The notes beneath the pieces were generated by a model. That model was not told the origin of the DNA, made no database searches, and worked only from the letters and a program-made list of their open reading frames with translations. From NCBI GenBank assembly GCA_965226375.1, contig CBDDCX010000008.1, positions 384,001-448,000 on the forward strand: 64,000 nucleotides of DNA, read 5' to 3'. Source of the stretch: Longimicrobiales bacterium (lineage in GTDB: Bacteria > Gemmatimonadota > Gemmatimonadetes > Longimicrobiales > Gaopeijiaceae). The position numbers were made by a program, and so were the translations under genes. Below, one piece after another: positions 59,925 to 64,000 of the stretch. Within the stretch, counting starts at the first letter, position 1, and every line of letters starts with the position of its first letter.

Positions 59925-61271
59925 TCAACTGATGGGTCTCTGGGCCCCTTCCGGCCCGTTGTCCCAGTCCTGTACGCTCGAGATGTTGGGCATTCCCCAG
60001 TCGTTTCCGTTCCACCCGTCGAAGCCGCTCATCTTGAAGGCCCAGAAGCCGCTCTCGCCACTGGTGACGATGAGTCCGTCTGCATTCCGCACGTCCACCC
60101 CGAAGGTGCCCTTCATGGAGACGCTGCGGTCGGACGTGTGTTTGTCGGGCATCTCGTACGTGTCGTAGTACGCCACCGTATAGGGGTTCGTGGGATCCAT
60201 CATGTTGAAGACCTGGAGCCCGTCCCGGTATCCGGACACGAACACGTAGGGCCAGCGCACCTCGTGGTTGTGAACGAAGTTTTCCCACTCGACCGTCCAG
60301 GCGCCGATGGCCCGGCGTATGGTGGGCACGTCGCCGTCGAGCCCGGGCTTGAGGTCGAAGATCAAGAGCGGCGCGTGGCTGTACTCCATCTCCCCGACGG
60401 CGTAGCGCCCGTCGGGTGTGGGAGTAAACGTGTGGGCGATGTCCACTCCCGCGAATCCGGTGACCGAGGTGAGGAGCTCGGGCGAGTCCAGGTCGGTCAC
60501 GTCGAACACGTAGTATCCGTTGAGCCCGGACCCGTAAAACTTGTCCTGCCCGGTTCCCGGGTCGTAGCCCACGTAGTAGTCGTGATAGCCGGTCCAGCGG
60601 TAGTCCACGTCCTCGGGGCGCGGGACGTTCCCCACCAGGGGCTCCTCGCCGTTGATGAGCCTCCCCATATCGTACACGTATGCCGAGGTGGCCGAGAGCA
60701 GCGCCCCGAAAAGGAGCACGCGCCCGTCGGAGTGCTGGTACGCGAAGATATTGTGGAATCCTCCGGGCACGTCGGCGGCCCGGATGCGGCCGACCTCCCG
60801 TACGCTGGCCGGATCGGGCAGATCAGTCACGTCGAAGACGATGGCTCCCAGATCGTAGTTCGGCCCTCCGGCCTGGAATTGGAACGATTGGATGTAGTAG
60901 TAGCGACCGTCCAGCTTGAAATACTTGCCGTCGAGGGCGCTGCCGCGGTGCAGCTCCTCGTTCTCGATTCGCCAGCTGTAGATCTTCTCCGGGTTTTCCG
61001 GATCCTCCACGCTGATGATGTCGAAGCCCGTCGACCGCCACCTGCTCATGTAGACGTAGGGCCGATCCATATCCTGCTCGAGCTCGATGTCAGCCGCGGC
61101 TCCCGGGACGTGCGCCAGGATCTCGACGTTGGAGCTGCCCTGTGCACCCGGGGCGGGGTAGCCCTGGGCCGCGGTGGTCGACGGACGCAGGACCAGCAAG
61201 ATGGCTCCGACCACCGTCATTACCCACGGCCTCGAGAGTAGCCGATGCTCGCGCGTGTCTCGTGTGCCCAC
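59925..61271 (-). CDS. Secreted LVIVD-repeat-like beta-propeller protein (paralogue 5)
   Basis: Tandem paralogue of 58505-59836; GTG start chosen from an AGGAGG RBS. Confidence 0.85.
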   Translation of the reverse strand: MGTRDTREHRLLSRPWVMTVVGAILLVLRPSTTAAQGYPAPGAQGSSNVEILAHVPGAAADIELEQDMDRPYVYMSRWRSTGFDIISVEDPENPEKIYSWRIENEELHRGSALDGKYFKLDGRYYYIQSFQFQAGGPNYDLGAIVFDVTDLPDPASVREVGRIRAADVPGGFHNIFAYQHSDGRVLLFGALLSATSAYVYDMGRLINGEEPLVGNVPRPEDVDYRWTGYHDYYVGYDPGTGQDKFYGSGLNGYYVFDVTDLDSPELLTSVTGFAGVDIAHTFTPTPDGRYAVGEMEYSHAPLLIFDLKPGLDGDVPTIRRAIGAWTVEWENFVHNHEVRWPYVFVSGYRDGLQVFNMMDPTNPYTVAYYDTYEMPDKHTSDRSVSMKGTFGVDVRNADGLIVTSGESGFWAFKMSGFDGWNGNDWGMPNISSVQDWDNGPEGAQRPIS

Positions 61272-61484
61272 TGGTGCCTCCTGGTCCTCGCAGATTGGCG
61301 TTCCTATATCCCGGCGTTGGGGGATAGACCCCAGGCCGGCCCGGACGATGGTGCAAGAAGGTATGGACTGGCGGCCCGACGGGATAGCGGAACGGTTCTG
61401 GACTGCCAAGCCGGGAGAACGTATGTGTTCTGCCAGCGTTATCCGTCTCAAGCGGACCACCAAATTGCCGGAGTAGCCTTACAG

Positions 61485-62669
61485 ATGCGCATGCCTTTCA
61501 CTCGTTCGGGCCTCCCCCTTCTGATCGCTCTGCTTTCCGCGCCCTTCCTGAACTGGGGCGAAGCGTGCGCCCAGGACGACGCGTTCGTCATCCGCGGCGT
61601 GACCCTCATCGACGGTGTGTCGGAGCGCCCGGTCGAGAGCGCGGCGGTCTCGGTGATCGACGGCCGCATTGTCGCGGTCGGCACGGATGATGCGGTGTCG
61701 GTTCCGGGCGGCACCCGGGTGGTGGACGGGACCGGGAAGTTCCTGATACCGGGACTGTGGGACACGCACGCTCACCTCTCCTACTGGGGTGAAGATGCTC
61801 TCGAGATGTTGGTCAACGCGGGCGTCACGAGCATCCGAGAGCTCGGAGGTGATCCCGACGAGATCGAGGGCTGGAAGAGAGAGATCGAGTCGGGCACACG
61901 CGTTGGCCCGGCGATGATCTGGTGCGGTCCGTTCCTCGAGGGTCCCGAGGCCGAGGATGAGTACAGGTTGAAGGTCGCCACTCAGGCGGAAGGTAGGGCG
62001 GCGGTCCACACGCTAAAGGCGCGTGGAGTCGACTTCCTGAAGATCCAGCCCCGCATCGATCGCGACATCGTGGAAGCCGTCATCGACGAGGCACGATCGG
62101 TGGGTCTCACCGTCGTGGGTCATCTGCCGCAGGGCGTGAACGCGATCGACGGATCGAACATGGGTCTCCGGAGCATCGAGCACATGAGCCCCTACATGCG
62201 GCTCGACGATGCGGAGATGGGGCAGGTCATCGAGACCTATCTGGCTAACGACACCTGGCTCTCTCCGGCGCTCTACAGCATGGTTGCGCCCCTGGAGGCA
62301 CGGGGCGACGACCCGGCCGAGGACGAGCGTGTGCAGCGAGCCAACGCGATCGTACGCCGAGCCCACGAGGCGGGTGTTCCGATCCTGGTGGGGGCGAACT
62401 TCGCCTACCGGGACTGGCCACAGAAGCCCGGCTCGGGCTTGCACGGAGAAATGAGGGCACTGGTGCAGGCCGGGCTGCCTGCCATGGACGTTATCAAGCT
62501 CTCCACGAGTCGGGCTGCAGAGTTCTCGGGTGTGACCGACCGGGGCTCGATTCAGCCGGGGCTCTGGGCCGATATGGTGCTGTTAGACGCTGATCCACTG
62601 GCCGACATCGGCAACACCGAGCGCATCGCGGCGGTGATTCAGCGGGGCCGGTTCATCACGGGGCGCTGA
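61485..62669 (+). CDS. Amidohydrolase family protein, secreted
   Basis: PGLWDTHAH, KI, GH, SIEH and G.I.PG.WAD motifs; the usual G.D appears as GAN. Confidence 0.88.
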   Translation: MRMPFTRSGLPLLIALLSAPFLNWGEACAQDDAFVIRGVTLIDGVSERPVESAAVSVIDGRIVAVGTDDAVSVPGGTRVVDGTGKFLIPGLWDTHAHLSYWGEDALEMLVNAGVTSIRELGGDPDEIEGWKREIESGTRVGPAMIWCGPFLEGPEAEDEYRLKVATQAEGRAAVHTLKARGVDFLKIQPRIDRDIVEAVIDEARSVGLTVVGHLPQGVNAIDGSNMGLRSIEHMSPYMRLDDAEMGQVIETYLANDTWLSPALYSMVAPLEARGDDPAEDERVQRANAIVRRAHEAGVPILVGANFAYRDWPQKPGSGLHGEMRALVQAGLPAMDVIKLSTSRAAEFSGVTDRGSIQPGLWADMVLLDADPLADIGNTERIAAVIQRGRFITGR

Positions 62670-63996
62670 TCAGCACGAGATCCTCCTGGGGCTCGCACAG
62701 GTATTCGCCACCATTCTCGGTCACTAGGCCCATCTCTTCGATGGTGATGGACTTGGTACCGGTCACGCCGTCGTCTTCGGCGGGCCAGACCGCGTTCCCG
62801 TCATAGCCGAACATCATTCCGGGCTCGAGTTCGCGTAGCTGATTTCCTCGGGGTGGCGTCCCGGTATCGTAGCCACCGATGCTCGGACCCACATCATGGG
62901 CCCAATACCCGACCGGGTGACCGGTGCTCGCCCAATGTCTGAGCGAGCCCCTCTCCCTCTGCCATTCGATCTGGACCCTGTCCACCTCCCAGCCCTTCAC
63001 GCCCGGACGCATAGCCTCGAGCATCTTCCGGCTGCTGAGCTTGGCTGTCTCCCAGGAATGCGTGATCTCTTCCGGTGGCTCGGTCTCGCCGGGACGCAGG
63101 ACGTACGCAAACCGTTGAAGGTCGGTATGCCAGGTGTCGAATACGGTGACGCCGGCGTCGATGTTGATCAGGTCACCTGGCTTTATCAGCCGCGCCAGAT
63201 CACTCCCGCGCCCCCGGTCGAGACCGGTCGTGATGCCCGGATTACCGCGCCAGGAGTGATCGAGGCCGAGACCCTCGATGCGATCGCGGATGGTCTGGTG
63301 TAGGTCGCCGTTGGTCGTTTGGCCGGGCACCACCGTCAGGAACGCCTCACGCTCGATCAAATCCGTGATCTCGGCGGCTTTCCGAATGATCGCGACCTCC
63401 GCCGGGATCTTTACGCTCAGCCACCGGATGACGAGCTCTTGTGACGATGTCAGTCGGCTCGCAAGTGTGGCCCCGAGCGCGGCTCTGAGCTTGGCATCCT
63501 GTGTGGCCGTGAGCCCGTCCGCGGCCGCCAGGTCGCTCCGGTTGACCGCGATGGAGCGCGACCCCGCCGCGCGGAGTTCGGTCGCTACGGCGGCGTATAC
63601 GTCCTGGTCGCGTTCGCGGGCCTCGACCCTCGAGTTCGGAGAGCGCTCTCGGATCGTGATGACCTCGCTGGACGGCGTGATGATGACCCGGTCGACACCC
63701 TCGGCAGTGCGAAAGAAGAGGTAGGCGGCGTCGCCTCCGGCAGACTCTCCTCCCACATGGATTGCCAGAGGGTCGTTGGCGTTCTCTCGGCAGAACACCA
63801 CCCAGGCGTCGACGCCTGCGGCGTCCATAGCCGCGGGCAGCAGAGTCCGGATCCGCTCCTCTCGTATGTCGGGCCAGGGATCACCCTGCCGAAGTTCGGC
63901 TGCCAGCCGCTCGATGGGCCCCTCCGACGGTTGCTCGACCGGGGCGGCGCATGCGAGGAACACAGAAGTAGCCACCAGCATCCTTGTCACACTCAT
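62656..63996 (-). CDS. M24 family metallopeptidase, lipoprotein
   Basis: FLAC lipobox; IDAG, TDLQR, GHPVGYWAHD and IEE motifs. Confidence 0.85.
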   Translation of the reverse strand: MSVTRMLVATSVFLACAAPVEQPSEGPIERLAAELRQGDPWPDIREERIRTLLPAAMDAAGVDAWVVFCRENANDPLAIHVGGESAGGDAAYLFFRTAEGVDRVIITPSSEVITIRERSPNSRVEARERDQDVYAAVATELRAAGSRSIAVNRSDLAAADGLTATQDAKLRAALGATLASRLTSSQELVIRWLSVKIPAEVAIIRKAAEITDLIEREAFLTVVPGQTTNGDLHQTIRDRIEGLGLDHSWRGNPGITTGLDRGRGSDLARLIKPGDLINIDAGVTVFDTWHTDLQRFAYVLRPGETEPPEEITHSWETAKLSSRKMLEAMRPGVKGWEVDRVQIEWQRERGSLRHWASTGHPVGYWAHDVGPSIGGYDTGTPPRGNQLRELEPGMMFGYDGNAVWPAEDDGVTGTKSITIEEMGLVTENGGEYLCEPQEDLVLISAP

Positions 63997-64000
63997 GTCG

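Noticed and set aside
1..64000. Genome-wide TGA reassignment (code 4 or 25)
   Set aside because: Many complete genes terminate at TGA, often overlapping the next start codon
1..64000. tRNA (including tRNA-Sec), rRNA, selABD, transposase, prophage or defence genes
   Set aside because: None recognised by eye; Sec machinery would have to lie outside this window

Overview
High-GC (roughly 65% by eye), gene-dense bacterial window. The repertoire (PadR plus MacB/FtsX 'ADOP' permeases, five LVIVD-type propeller paralogues, choice-of-anchor B protein, four M24 peptidases, amidohydrolases, TonB-dependent receptors) suggests a Gemmatimonadota/Acidobacteriota-like heterotroph; this is an inference. Main results: (1) Two genes that the ORF track splits are continuous frames with an in-frame TGA at a conserved Cys/Sec position, each followed by a SECIS-like hairpin. 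One is a CstB-like persulfide dioxygenase-rhodanese fusion (GHIAGST-U-G, 2650-4077) and the other an iodothyronine-deiodinase-like protein (FGSYT-U-PPF, 17815-18480). (2) An expanded family of secreted His-rich beta-propeller proteins of unknown function. (3) A 167-bp MITE with perfect 22-bp inverted ends inside a hairpin. (4) A consensus sigma-54 promoter in front of a perfect 112-bp tandem duplication and a frameshifted degP-like gene. (5) A putative ECF promoter motif seen twice and a putative PadR operator. (6) A probable gamma-glutamylation amine catabolic cluster. (7) Several frameshifted or truncated genes, which may reflect sequencing or assembly error or real decay. No rRNA, tRNA, CRISPR array or transposase was recognised. 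All family calls come from motif recognition, not database searches.
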